The position numbers and the translations under genes were made by a program. A stretch of 64,000 nucleotides of DNA from positions 32,001 to 96,000 of IMG/VR virus record IMGVR_UViG_2724679538_000004; one strand, 5' to 3'. Position 1 is the stretch's first letter. Every line of letters starts with the position of its first letter. Origin of the DNA: a virus. Taxonomy: Duplodnaviria > Heunggongvirae > Uroviricota > Caudoviricetes. This document shows, one piece after another, positions 20,408 to 29,580 of this stretch. The notes under the pieces are model-generated. The model searched no databases, was not told where the DNA came from, and worked only from the letters and a program-made list of their open reading frames with translations.

Positions 20408-21283
20408 ATGAATTTTACCAAACTGAAAGACCACCTAAAGATTGCCACGGATCGTCTCGTTGGTTTCAAGGCTGAACCATATGAAATCAATGAAGGTCAC
20501 GTTATGGCGACGGAAGCTATTTACCAAATGGTCGATCAGTTTCATGAACTCTTTCAACACCCGCGTCGTGTGGTGCCAACACCGGAATTACTTCGTCTCC
20601 GTGCCAGATTGATTCATGAGGAAGCTGTAATAGAAGGCATCCCAGCCGCACAAAAAGGAGACATTGAGCAGCTGCTGGATGCAATGGCTGATTTTCTCTA
20701 TGTAGGTGTAGGCACAATGGTCGCAGTTAAAGGTGGTATTTCTACAGGTATGACTTACTACACGCAGGAACAAAGCATTGATCGCTTTATTGAGACATTC
20801 TTTGTGCCTCAGAATACTGTGTTCGATGACATGGCTATTCCATTCAAAGAAGCTCAGCAGGCGGCTGTGATGCTTGAAGAGTTGGCTGACAAACTTGAAA
20901 AGAAAACCATGAGAGATCCTGAACTGATTCAGGAGCTACGCCGTGTAATGAATAAAATTTACGTCGCGTGCATGATGACATATCGACTCGCTGATTTCTT
21001 GGGTGTCGATGTTGTTGAGCTGGTACGTGAGATTCATCGTTCCAACATGACTAAATTATGGCCTGCGGATATGGAAGAGCGCCAAAAGGCTGTAGAGAAC
21101 TGCAAATACGACAAACACGATCTAAGTTTTCGCCATGCGGACGGGACAGACATGATGATAGGCTTTCGTGTTTCAGATGGAAAAATACTCAAATCGCCAA
21201 CATACAGTGACGTTGATCTTACTGCGTTTGTAGCGCAGGCGAAGTCTTCTGCAATATATGATGAAGTTAAAAAATTATTGTAG
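20408..21283 (+). CDS. MazG-like nucleotide pyrophosphohydrolase domain protein (N-terminal), C-terminal part unknown
   Basis: EAIYQMVDQFHE and HEEAVIEGIPAAQKGDIEQLLDAMADFLYV resemble the EExxE...D helices of all-alpha NTP pyrophosphatases. Confidence 0.45.
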   Translation: MNFTKLKDHLKIATDRLVGFKAEPYEINEGHVMATEAIYQMVDQFHELFQHPRRVVPTPELLRLRARLIHEEAVIEGIPAAQKGDIEQLLDAMADFLYVGVGTMVAVKGGISTGMTYYTQEQSIDRFIETFFVPQNTVFDDMAIPFKEAQQAAVMLEELADKLEKKTMRDPELIQELRRVMNKIYVACMMTYRLADFLGVDVVELVREIHRSNMTKLWPADMEERQKAVENCKYDKHDLSFRHADGTDMMIGFRVSDGKILKSPTYSDVDLTAFVAQAKSSAIYDEVKKLL

Positions 21284-21465
21284 GTAGTTACTTATGTGTG
21301 TATATTAATTTTGTGTACTAACTACACCTGGTAAGAGAATCTTCGTATATTTTGGTGGCCATGTGCCACCATTTTTTTTGTCATCTGGTCTTGCCTGGTT
21401 TTCGCGTGTAAACTCTCACTTATGAATAATAGGTATGTACTTATCTATCTTTTTGTGGGGTTTAT

Positions 21466-22569
21466 GTGTCTCTTCTATTGAATGGTGAGCATACGAATGG
21501 CCAGGTGGCTAATACATCGTATGCAAAAGTAATTGAAACGGTACTTAAATCAGGCGTGAAAGCAGGAGATCGGACTGGTACTGGCACTACGAGTGTTTCT
21601 TACGTTCCATCCTACTACTTACTGACTGGCGGCTCTGTTCCGTTGATTTCAGGGAAGGCTGTGAATTTAAAACCGCTTCTGGTTGAGCTGGAGTGGTATC
21701 TCAAAGGAACAGGCAACATCCAGTTCCTGAAAGACAATGGCGTCAAAATTTGGGATGCCTGGGCTGATGAAAATGGCGATTTAGGACCGGTTTATGGCAA
21801 GCAATGGCGTCGGTGGGAAGACACCCGCATCGTTAGCAATAGTGAGTATTTAAAAAAAATCGACACGTTGCGTGAGCGCGGATACAAGGTCGAGGGGTAT
21901 CTGGGCATAAGTGAAGATCGCGTTGTGTTGTCCCGTGAAATCGACCAGCTACAGCGTATCGTCGACACACTGCGTACCAATCCTACCGATCGTCGTATTC
22001 TGCTTAATGCGTGGAATGTTGGCGAGTTGGAAGATATGAAGTTGCCACCTTGTCACTTTGTCTTTTCTCTGTGGAGTCGTGAGCTGGACTTTAAGACCCG
22101 GCTGACGATGGCCACCGACATAGGCATCCAACACAATCGCTACGGCCACGAATCCATTTACACCCAGATGCTGTGTCTTCTGGAACGTGATGGAGGTATT
22201 ACAGAGAACATGCTGGACGAGCTGGGCATCCCGAAACGTATTCTGAACTCCTGTCTTGTGCAGCGTAGCGTCGATACTTTCGTTGGTATGCCTTTCAATA
22301 TCGCTGGTTATGGCATTCTCACTCACTTCCTCGCAAAGATCACCGGCCATATGGCTGGCGCATTCGTACATTTTGGTTTTGACGTTCATTTATACGACAA
22401 CCATATGGAAGGCGTTGAGGAACTGCTGAATCGCGAACCGCCAAAAGAGTCCGACCCTGTTGTCATCTTCCCGCATGAGTGGGCTGAGTTAGATGACTTC
22501 AAGTGGGAAGGTGTTCAGATTCTTGGCTATTCACCACTTCCGTGGATCAAGGTTCCAGTGGCGGTGTGA
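21466..22569 (+). CDS. thyA: thymidylate synthase (ThyA family) with two insertions relative to E. coli ThyA
   Basis: DRTGTGT, IWDAWADENGDLGPVYGKQWR, RRILLNAWNVGELEDMKLPPCHFVF and QRSVDTFVGMPFNIAGY are near-identical to canonical ThyA motifs; GTG start. Confidence 0.9.
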   Translation: MSLLLNGEHTNGQVANTSYAKVIETVLKSGVKAGDRTGTGTTSVSYVPSYYLLTGGSVPLISGKAVNLKPLLVELEWYLKGTGNIQFLKDNGVKIWDAWADENGDLGPVYGKQWRRWEDTRIVSNSEYLKKIDTLRERGYKVEGYLGISEDRVVLSREIDQLQRIVDTLRTNPTDRRILLNAWNVGELEDMKLPPCHFVFSLWSRELDFKTRLTMATDIGIQHNRYGHESIYTQMLCLLERDGGITENMLDELGIPKRILNSCLVQRSVDTFVGMPFNIAGYGILTHFLAKITGHMAGAFVHFGFDVHLYDNHMEGVEELLNREPPKESDPVVIFPHEWAELDDFKWEGVQILGYSPLPWIKVPVAV

Positions 22570-22570
22570 T

Positions 22571-22984
22571 ATGGCCAGAGGGATGTATGTACTGTGTGAA
22601 ATCGATGATGTGCTGGCGAACGTCAGCCATCGTAAGTCGGTGCCTGAATCTGATGCAGGGGCTTTTATTGCAGGTGATGAACTCATCTTTCCAACCAGCC
22701 GCATGTTGCGTGGTTTTGCTCGCTCTGGTGCTGAGATCGTGCTTATCAGCCGTCGCTCCGAGTCTCTTGAAGGCCAGACAAAACGCTGGTTGAAAGACTT
22801 TGGTGTTGATTACGACTGGCTTCACCTTGTTCCTGATGGTGTCAGTTTTGAAAAGCACATCAAACGCACGCTTGCTGAGCACAAGGGTGAGTTGCTGATA
22901 GCTGCGCTGATCCACGATCCGCGATTGCGATCGACTTTAGCCAATTATCACCAACGCCCCATTATTTATGAGGTAAGCCAATGA
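22571..22984 (+). CDS. hypothetical protein (possible HAD-like 5'-nucleotidase; tentative)
   Basis: ATG 22571 overlaps the thyA stop; YVLCEIDDVLAN loosely resembles HAD motif I. Confidence 0.4.
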   Translation: MARGMYVLCEIDDVLANVSHRKSVPESDAGAFIAGDELIFPTSRMLRGFARSGAEIVLISRRSESLEGQTKRWLKDFGVDYDWLHLVPDGVSFEKHIKRTLAEHKGELLIAALIHDPRLRSTLANYHQRPIIYEVSQ

Positions 22985-23457
22985 GGATGATTGCAGCTGT
23001 AGGACGCAACTATGAAATTGGCATAGGAAACGTACTCCCCTGGCGTTGCCCAACAGACATGAAATTGTTCAAGCGGCTAACTCAAAACGCAAGTGTAGTG
23101 ATGGGGCGTAAGACGATGGAAAGTCTGAAACGCCCACTGCCTGAGCGCCACAACCTTGTATTAACGCGCTCACAAGGTCATATGCCGAATGGGTTTTACT
23201 CTGCTTGCGTGGAAGACGTGCTAAAGCTTCCAGAGCCTATCTGGGTAATTGGAGGCGGGCAGATTTATTCAACTCTTATGCCTTACGTAGAAGAAATATG
23301 GCTTTCACATATAGGTGTTGATGTGCCAAACGCAGATGCATTCTTCCCTGTAGAGCTGATGCGCACATTGGGATTTGCTCCAGTGGAGACGGCATATACG
23401 CAACGACAGAGTGAGGAAGAACCTGGATTTTTGCAGATTGTATACAGAAGGGCGTAA
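22981..23457 (+). CDS. dihydrofolate reductase
   Basis: MIAAVGRNYEIGIGNVLPW...VMGRKT...VWVIGGGQIYSTL matches the DHFR fold signature; adjacent to thyA. Confidence 0.8.
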   Translation: MRMIAAVGRNYEIGIGNVLPWRCPTDMKLFKRLTQNASVVMGRKTMESLKRPLPERHNLVLTRSQGHMPNGFYSACVEDVLKLPEPIWVIGGGQIYSTLMPYVEEIWLSHIGVDVPNADAFFPVELMRTLGFAPVETAYTQRQSEEEPGFLQIVYRRA

Positions 23458-24101
23458 TGGATTACCGAATTGGGATCACTGGTGTACAGGGCAGTGGTAA
23501 AACAACCCTGGCAAAATACATCGACAAACACTTTGGCATTCCGTATGTGGATGCCGGGGTTGGCAGACTTATGAGTAGCTTAGGTGTGAAGGTTGGCGCA
23601 AAAATGCCGCTTTACGAGCGTCTTCAAATTCAGATGGAGATTGCAAAGCACATCGAAGTGATTACCCGTGGGGTTGAAGGCTTTGTGATTGATCGAACTC
23701 CTGCTGATGTTATGGCTTACACGCTAGATCTTGTTGGGCAAACCAATGAAGAGAGGTGTATCGAGTTAGCAATCGACATTGAAAGGTTTTGCCACGATAC
23801 GGCAATTTCAAATTTCAATGCCATAGCTGGTTTACGCCCGGGAGTCACATTGACCGACGACGACTTCAAACGTGAACAGAGAGGTTCTCTTGATCGTCTC
23901 TATGTTGCTCGTATAGACGCTCTTATGTGTGGGGAATTAACCAAAATCCACCTGCATCCGCAGAGGGGAGATCTGCAAACATTTATTATTTCAGAGCGGT
24001 ATCGAACAGTCGAAGCAAGAGCCAGATCCGTGTTCAGGATGATTGATAACGCCGTTGAAAAAATTGAAAAAAGATTCAGTGGCCGCGTGACCGTTCATTG
24101 A
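23457..24101 (+). CDS. P-loop nucleotide kinase-like protein (possible dNMP kinase)
   Basis: Walker A GVQGSGKTT at the N-terminus; located in the nucleotide-metabolism cluster. Confidence 0.5.
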   Translation: MDYRIGITGVQGSGKTTLAKYIDKHFGIPYVDAGVGRLMSSLGVKVGAKMPLYERLQIQMEIAKHIEVITRGVEGFVIDRTPADVMAYTLDLVGQTNEERCIELAIDIERFCHDTAISNFNAIAGLRPGVTLTDDDFKREQRGSLDRLYVARIDALMCGELTKIHLHPQRGDLQTFIISERYRTVEARARSVFRMIDNAVEKIEKRFSGRVTVH

Positions 24102-24162
24102 AAATTGTTCGCCTCTCCAATATTGCAACAATAGAACTCTCAAAATGGATTAAGGATAAAAA

Positions 24163-24582
24163 ATGTTTACTGAAACGCTGCTGGAAGATGAGCTTGATCG
24201 GAAAACGACAGAGGCTCTTATTCGCGTGGCAGACGAACATTCCAGGTCGCTTCTAAGTGATCGAGAGGCTCGTTTGGTAATTCGCGCCATATTTGAAACG
24301 GTGCAAGGACTTGTTGGAGCGCAAGTTGGTGAAGCCGTTAATTTTGCAATGAATCAATTCAGTGGCGAAGCCAAGAAGCCACTGTTCCCTATGCATCTGA
24401 AGCTCGCGAATGGAACGGTGTTGTATGTTTCTGTTTGTCTTGATAATAACCAAATAAACGTACTCAATGTGACATCTGGCGAATGGCGCGATCCGGTTGT
24501 TTGCGAAAGTGGTGAAGAAGCATTGAAGAAAGCAGCTCAGTTTGTGCGTAGCGCATTGCTGAAAGGCGCGAAGAAGTTGTAA
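24163..24582 (+). CDS. hypothetical protein
   Basis: 139-aa ORF with AAGGATAAAAA before the ATG. Confidence 0.5.
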   Translation: MFTETLLEDELDRKTTEALIRVADEHSRSLLSDREARLVIRAIFETVQGLVGAQVGEAVNFAMNQFSGEAKKPLFPMHLKLANGTVLYVSVCLDNNQINVLNVTSGEWRDPVVCESGEEALKKAAQFVRSALLKGAKKL

Positions 24583-24591
24583 GGAGTATTA

Positions 24592-25149
24592 ATGGCTACG
24601 TTAGTCGCTGGTATCGATATTGAGTCTACAGGGCTGGATTTCAGATCTGGTCATAAAATCATTGAAATTGCCATTACTCGTTATGAACTGGAGTCGCAAT
24701 CACACATCGATAACCTTGTAATGCGTTTTAATCCGCGTCGCAGCATTGATCCAAAAGCCCAGGCGGTTCATGGCATTTCTCTCGAAGATCTGGCAACCGA
24801 ACCGTTGCTGTCTGACCATGCAAAAAAGATTGCCGATTACATGGGTACATGTAGTGCATGGGTTGCGCATAACGGCGAAGCGTTTGACATTCCATTCATT
24901 CGTCACGAGTTTTCAGGGTATGGGATTGTATTATCGGACATACCACTAATAGACACTATGCTATCAGGTTTATGGGCTACCGAAGATGGCAAGCGTCCTC
25001 GTCTGGAAGAATTGGCGTTTTCACTTGGTTTTATTTATGACCATAAAAAGGCACACAGTGCATTGTATGACACTGATCTGATGATGAAGTGTTTCTTTAA
25101 GGCAAGAGATAAATACGGTTTTTTCAAACTGCCTTTTGAATCAGTATAA
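24592..25149 (+). CDS. DnaQ-like 3'-5' exonuclease (DEDDh family)
   Basis: Exo motifs GIDIESTGLD, HNGEAFDIPFI, HSALYDTD. Confidence 0.7.
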   Translation: MATLVAGIDIESTGLDFRSGHKIIEIAITRYELESQSHIDNLVMRFNPRRSIDPKAQAVHGISLEDLATEPLLSDHAKKIADYMGTCSAWVAHNGEAFDIPFIRHEFSGYGIVLSDIPLIDTMLSGLWATEDGKRPRLEELAFSLGFIYDHKKAHSALYDTDLMMKCFFKARDKYGFFKLPFESV

Positions 25150-25157
25150 CTTTAAAC

Positions 25158-25185
25158 AAAGCCTACTTTTTACGGAGTAGGCTTT
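25158..25185 (+). terminator. hairpin AAAGCCTACT-loop-AGTAGGCTTT after the exonuclease gene
   Basis: 10-bp inverted repeat just after the stop. Confidence 0.5.
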
Positions 25186-25461
25186 GTCAATACTAAAAGT
25201 ATGCAACAAACAGCCTGGCGTATTCTACAACTGCAACAACACATTTAATTATAAAACTGCCTATGTTACCTTTTTGCGACGGGATTCCAAAAATACAGTT
25301 CTTGTGGGCCTGATGGTATATTTACAAGCCAAAAATTGCGAACAGGACCAACAATGCGCCTTCTATTTATTTCCTGCCTGTAATTAACACTTTTCCGCCT
25401 GATAGGTTTCATCAAAATATACACAGTGACGAAACAACTTAACAACTGACAGGAGCACGAA

Positions 25462-26253
25462 ATGAGTGTCGTTGAAAATGCAGTATTGAAAGATGACCTT
25501 GATGAACTGACAGCAATGCTTCAAGCGCTTGATGAACCAGTGCAAAAGGCGTCGCGGGTAGAAAATACAGATGAAATTGACAACTTACTTGAAGGACTGG
25601 ATTCAGGTATTGCAGTAAGTTCCGATGACATTGTAGGGGAAGTGATAGACGCTGAGGTCTCTGGTGATTTTAGCTTTGCGTTAAATGAGTTAGAAATTGA
25701 ACATGAGTCATTAAATGTAAACGATAAAGAAGAAGAGGAAAAAATTGAGTCTGATATATCTCAAAATAAAATAATTTCTGTTTCAGAGGAACAAATTAGC
25801 AGGTCAGATAAAGGAAAAAATAACAACAAAAAAATCCGTTCCACAAGAGGTCCACGCTTTACACTGGACGACAAAGAACAGTCATTTTTTGAAAATGCAG
25901 GCCTCGATAAAGAATCATTCCTTGCAGCTTATGAAAAAGCACCAGTTAAGGCAAAGGATAAGGTTTTGAATTTATTAAACTGGTTTAGTGGTGGTCCAGA
26001 TATTAGTGTTTATACAGTAATATCATTGCGTCACATTATTGAGGCTAATGTGGCTACAAGTAACAGTATTAAAATTGCTTTGATGAGCAATCCTGAAAAA
26101 CCTTATCCACTCAACACAGCATCAACGCAGGCCGGTCAGATGATGGCTGTTTTTCCTGCTACTGGAGTCGCTTTACGAGAAGGTGGAAATCTTACACTGA
26201 ATGTGGAGTCGCCGATCATTAAGAAGTTTAAAGCGGAGTACACTATTGGATGA
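25462..26253 (+). CDS. hypothetical acidic protein
   Basis: 263-aa ORF with CAGGAGCACGAA RBS; highly acidic N-terminal half. Confidence 0.5.
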   Translation: MSVVENAVLKDDLDELTAMLQALDEPVQKASRVENTDEIDNLLEGLDSGIAVSSDDIVGEVIDAEVSGDFSFALNELEIEHESLNVNDKEEEEKIESDISQNKIISVSEEQISRSDKGKNNNKKIRSTRGPRFTLDDKEQSFFENAGLDKESFLAAYEKAPVKAKDKVLNLLNWFSGGPDISVYTVISLRHIIEANVATSNSIKIALMSNPEKPYPLNTASTQAGQMMAVFPATGVALREGGNLTLNVESPIIKKFKAEYTIG

Positions 26254-26405
26254 AGTTCCCCTACTCAAAATAAAGCCCATAGAGAGCATTTTGTTGCTGG
26301 GTAAGCCAATCGCATACCCAGCACTAAAAAAACGCGTCAGAAAGCTTCTCGTGCACGTTCTGACGCGTTTTTTATTGGTTGATATGCATTTGAGGAAATG
26401 AAAAA

Positions 26406-26425
26406 ATAGGTAAGTAGTTACCTAT
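26406..26425. repeat. intergenic palindrome ATAGGTAAGTAGTTACCTAT (family member)
   Basis: Immediately upstream of the Dam-like gene. Confidence 0.75.
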
Positions 26426-26438
26426 ACGGAGTGATTCA

Positions 26439-27032
26439 ATGATAGCGGCTGAGAAAATTAAAAAACGAGAGCGTGACCCTTCTCTTAGAGATCTATGGCG
26501 CACACCTCAATGGTTGTTTAACGCTATCCAGAAATACTTAGGTGTTCAATTCGATGTGGACGTTGCCTGCAACAAAGACAACGCTCTTCTTGCAAATTAC
26601 ATAGGCGTGGAGCGTGATGCTTTGAAAAGCAACTGGGGAGAACCGGGCACTATAGCATTCCTAAACCCGCCCTACTCGAAAATTTCCCCGTGGATCGAGG
26701 CCGCAATACGCGAACAAGCACGAGGTGTCACTACAGTTATGCTTATACCACAATCCCTTGATACAAAATGGTATGAGCGGGCCACTGAGCACGCAAACGA
26801 AACGGTTATTCTGTCTGGAGGTCGTGTGGCTTTCGTGGAACCAGACGTTAATTTGGGATTTGTGGAGGTAAACATTAACCCTGGTGGAAGTATGCTTCTG
26901 ATTTTTAGAGGCTTTTGTCAGGGAGCTGGACACACGATTAGAAAAATTCCTCTGGCGGTGTTGAAACAGCTGGGGGGTTATGATCCTGCCAATGTTTCCA
27001 GAAAGAAAAGAACATACAAGAAGGCAGCTTAA
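26439..27032 (+). CDS. DNA N6-adenine methyltransferase (phage Dam-like)
   Basis: Catalytic motif IV NPPYS within FLNPPYSKISPWIE; small size typical of phage orphan Dam enzymes. Confidence 0.8.
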   Translation: MIAAEKIKKRERDPSLRDLWRTPQWLFNAIQKYLGVQFDVDVACNKDNALLANYIGVERDALKSNWGEPGTIAFLNPPYSKISPWIEAAIREQARGVTTVMLIPQSLDTKWYERATEHANETVILSGGRVAFVEPDVNLGFVEVNINPGGSMLLIFRGFCQGAGHTIRKIPLAVLKQLGGYDPANVSRKKRTYKKAA

Positions 27033-27056
27033 GTTCTGTCTGGGAGTGTTCTTGGA

Positions 27057-27114
27057 CCTGCTTCTGTATAAATAAATACATACTAATATATTAATATACA
27101 GATGCAGGTTTTTT
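27057..27114 (+). terminator. long hairpin CCTGCTTCTGTATA-(AT-rich loop)-TATACAGATGCAGG followed by T6
   Basis: 14-bp inverted repeat plus T-run after the Dam stop; a related element occurs at 56601-56703. Confidence 0.55.
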
Positions 27115-27214
27115 GTAGCAAACGTGCCAGACCTTGACAACATCCCAGAACCCACTAGAAACCCTCCCCAGACGCTCTAGAATCAATTTTGAGTAGCAAA
27201 GTAAGGAAACACAC

Positions 27215-27445
27215 ATGGTCTATCAAACAAACGTTGTAGCGCTCGTTGAGAGCGATTTTCTAGCCCAGGCGCGTGAAATGCTTAAAGATCGCGAGCGGGC
27301 GTTTAATTTGTATGAATGGGCACTCAAATGCCTACATCTTGGCGAGCATAAAGAACTTGTTGAACAGCTGTTAGGTGAGTTGATTAATGAGGTGTTTGCC
27401 TTAAACGTCCAGCTACATGGGCGAGAAAGTAACCAACCCCAATAA
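27215..27445 (+). CDS. hypothetical protein
   Basis: 76-aa ORF with AAGGAAACACAC RBS context. Confidence 0.45.
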   Translation: MVYQTNVVALVESDFLAQAREMLKDRERAFNLYEWALKCLHLGEHKELVEQLLGELINEVFALNVQLHGRESNQPQ

Positions 27446-27469
27446 TAGATAAGTACCTACTATTCATAT

Positions 27470-27990
27470 TATTTATCTTAAGTGATAGGATACTATAGTT
27501 TTCAGTCCATGTACTGGAGACTCGACCTGATGGGTGGAGGGTAGCGTCACTGGCGTCAGGTTTAAAAAAAAGCTCACTACCAGCGTAGAACCGGTGCCGT
27601 TTAGGCGCTGGGGAAGGGGGAACCAGAGTGAGCAGAGACAAGGGTCACTTTATGATTGTCGAGTCTGGGAAGTTCGAGAGGTTGAATCCAGTACTCCCCT
27701 TCATAAAGTGTGGGAAGATCTCGGTTCTGGGATGCTGTCATCCATAACTTCCCAAGCTTAAGCTGGCAGTAGACTTAAGCCATAACTTTTCAGGTTATGA
27801 AACGACCAGGTTGGTGAGGAACTTTTGTACTCACCTCCCTGGGAGGATATTACCTGAAAAGACAACCTCTCACTTCGTTCGAGGTGAACTTCACTCACTT
27901 CGTTCGTTCAGTTCAGATTAATTAAAAACCTCTTCTGGGAAGTAAGGTTTTAAAAAATAAATTTATTATTAATAAGTTATAACACGCACG
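27470..27990 (+). ncRNA. candidate structured non-coding region (consecutive hairpins, short repeats, alternating purine-pyrimidine GC tract)
   Basis: About 520 bp without a convincing ORF; hairpins GCTTAAG...CTTAAGC, CATAAC...GTTATG, GGTGAG...CTCACC; repeats CTGGGAAG x3 and CACTTCGTTCG x2; CACGCACGCGTGTGCGCACGCGCG at 27975-27998. Confidence 0.3.
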
Positions 27991-28044
27991 CGTGTGCGCA
28001 CGCGCGAGGAAAAAATCGGCGCGGCGCTTGATTCAGGAGTTTAT

Positions 28045-28641
28045 ATGACGACGAAGACACCAGCCCGATCGCAAGCAAAAACTCTCAAAAAAGCCAAAAA
28101 CAAAAATTCTCCCCGCACCAATCACACAACGCCTGTCGTAGAGTTCAATCCCCAGCTTAAAACCGTGAAAATCTTTAGTGATGGCTCTTGCCTTAAAAAT
28201 CCGGGTGGTCCTGGCGGTTACGGTATCGTTCTCCAGTATCGTGGTGAGGAACGCGAGTTCTCAGATGGTTTTCATAGCACCACTAATAACCGCATGGAGA
28301 TGATGGGCGCACTCATCGGGCTGGAGCGTTTGAAATATCCATGCAACGTTATTTTGTACTCTGATAGCCAGTATCTGAAAAACGGCATGACACAGTGGAT
28401 GAAATGGTGGAAACGAAATGGATGGATGACTTCTGATAAAAAACCGGTAAAGAATGTTGATCTGTGGAAGCGTCTGGATGAGGCCGCAAGTCGACATAAT
28501 GTTCGCTGGAAGTGGGTTAAAGGCCATGCGGGACATCGTGAAAACGAGATCTGTGATCGTCTTGCTAAGATTGCAGCATTCACTGCCGCTGATACTCCAT
28601 TTAAAAAAGATTTAGGTTTTTTGAATCAAAATAGTAAGTAA
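28045..28641 (+). CDS. rnhA: ribonuclease HI with basic N-terminal extension
   Basis: [71 protein letters not shown] closely match E. coli RNase HI; ATG 28045 with GGAG RBS (track ORF starts at GTG 27994). Confidence 0.9.
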   Translation: MTTKTPARSQAKTLKKAKNKNSPRTNHTTPVVEFNPQLKTVKIFSDGSCLKNPGGPGGYGIVLQYRGEEREFSDGFHSTTNNRMEMMGALIGLERLKYPCNVILYSDSQYLKNGMTQWMKWWKRNGWMTSDKKPVKNVDLWKRLDEAASRHNVRWKWVKGHAGHRENEICDRLAKIAAFTAADTPFKKDLGFLNQNSK

Positions 28642-28783
28642 GTATTTACCTATTATTTAGATTAAGGTATTCTGATCACCGTCAGGATGACAATGTGTCG
28701 GTGAGACACAGTTCCAGGATGGAACGGGAAAGGCGGCTGGTTAATGCCAGCCGCAACTCTTTCTGACACTGGATGGAGTCCTA

Positions 28784-29281
28784 ATGGCACGTCAAACCTA
28801 TTTCACTTCTGCAACTAAAAGCAAACGCCCACGCTCTTTACGTCAAATTTTGGCCGAGCTATTTAGCGGTCGCGCTTTGTCACGCCTTGATGAACTGGAG
28901 TCTACCGTTCAGTTGCTGACGAAACGTTTAGATGATCAAGCATCAGTCGTTGCGAATATGGGGGCGATTGTTACCTCTCGTTCTTCACGCGAGGCGAAAA
29001 AAGTACGTCCTTTAGTGAAGGAGAAAAATAACAAGGACAGTTCGAATGGAAAATTTTCAAAGAAAGAGGCTGAAACCAATGGCCTACGCTCTCATTTTGC
29101 TTTCACTGGCGACGGTAGCCGTCCCAGCAGGCCAGAGCCTTTTGATGCAGGATTCTTCCACCACACGTCAGCCGACGACAATTTCCACCGCTCCAGTGGA
29201 GCGTCCTGTCTCTCTGGATGGGATGTCGGTGGATGCGATACCTCAAGTTCATCCAGTTACTCTGGATCATGCTGCGATTAA
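28784..29281 (+). CDS. hypothetical protein (C-terminal third is Ser-rich low complexity and overlaps the next ORF; true 3' end uncertain)
   Basis: 165-aa ORF; N-terminal 90 aa look protein-like. Confidence 0.3.
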   Translation: MARQTYFTSATKSKRPRSLRQILAELFSGRALSRLDELESTVQLLTKRLDDQASVVANMGAIVTSRSSREAKKVRPLVKEKNNKDSSNGKFSKKEAETNGLRSHFAFTGDGSRPSRPEPFDAGFFHHTSADDNFHRSSGASCLSGWDVGGCDTSSSSSYSGSCCD

Positions 29282-29294
29282 GGCTGTTGCATGA
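29046..29294 (+). CDS. putative membrane-anchored or secreted small protein
   Basis: Hydrophobic N-terminus MAYALILLSLATVAVPAGQS; overlaps 28784..29281 in another frame. Confidence 0.3.
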   Translation: MENFQRKRLKPMAYALILLSLATVAVPAGQSLLMQDSSTTRQPTTISTAPVERPVSLDGMSVDAIPQVHPVTLDHAAIKAVA

Positions 29295-29479
29295 ACTGGC
29301 TTTCAAATCACTTTGGAAAAATTTGGCTGGTTATTGTGGCTCTCATGGCCGCAGGTTGGGTGTCAAACATTGTAAAACTCGTTTGCTCTGGGGATCTCCA
29401 GTTTCAGGCTGGAATGACTCTGGCTCGTGTAGTTGGGATTTTTATGTTTCCAGTCGGTTCGGTGCTTGGCTATTTCTAA
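29291..29479 (+). CDS. small membrane protein
   Basis: 62-aa ORF with two hydrophobic segments. Confidence 0.4.
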   Translation: MNWLSNHFGKIWLVIVALMAAGWVSNIVKLVCSGDLQFQAGMTLARVVGIFMFPVGSVLGYF

Positions 29480-29580
29480 TGCGTGTCGGAGTTGAGGCTT
29501 TAGAAGCCATAGTTCATGTAATTCTGTTTACTTCACTTAGAAAACAACTTGTTTTGACAAATAACATATAGGAAAAACAC

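Noticed and set aside
21466-22569. Interpretation of the ThyA homologue as a dCMP hydroxymethylase (T4 gp42-type)
   Set aside because: The residue in PFNI that selects dUMP is Asn, not the Asp found in dCMP hydroxymethylases, and the motifs are near-identical to bona fide ThyA; a dUMP hydroxymethylase cannot be fully excluded but ThyA is the parsimonious call.
25184-25387. 67-aa ORF in the intergenic region after the exonuclease gene
   Set aside because: No RBS and it overlaps a terminator hairpin; the region more likely holds the promoter for the gene at 25462.
27534-27761. 75-aa ORF in the non-coding structured region
   Set aside because: No ribosome-binding site, Gly/Arg/Ser-rich low-complexity product, and it overlaps the hairpin cluster; probably not coding.
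27470-27990. Possible tRNA gene(s) suggested by GGTTGAATCC and GTTCGAG strings
   Set aside because: No cloverleaf could be built: the flanking stems are not complementary and no acceptor or anticodon arm fits; treated as a structured non-coding region instead.
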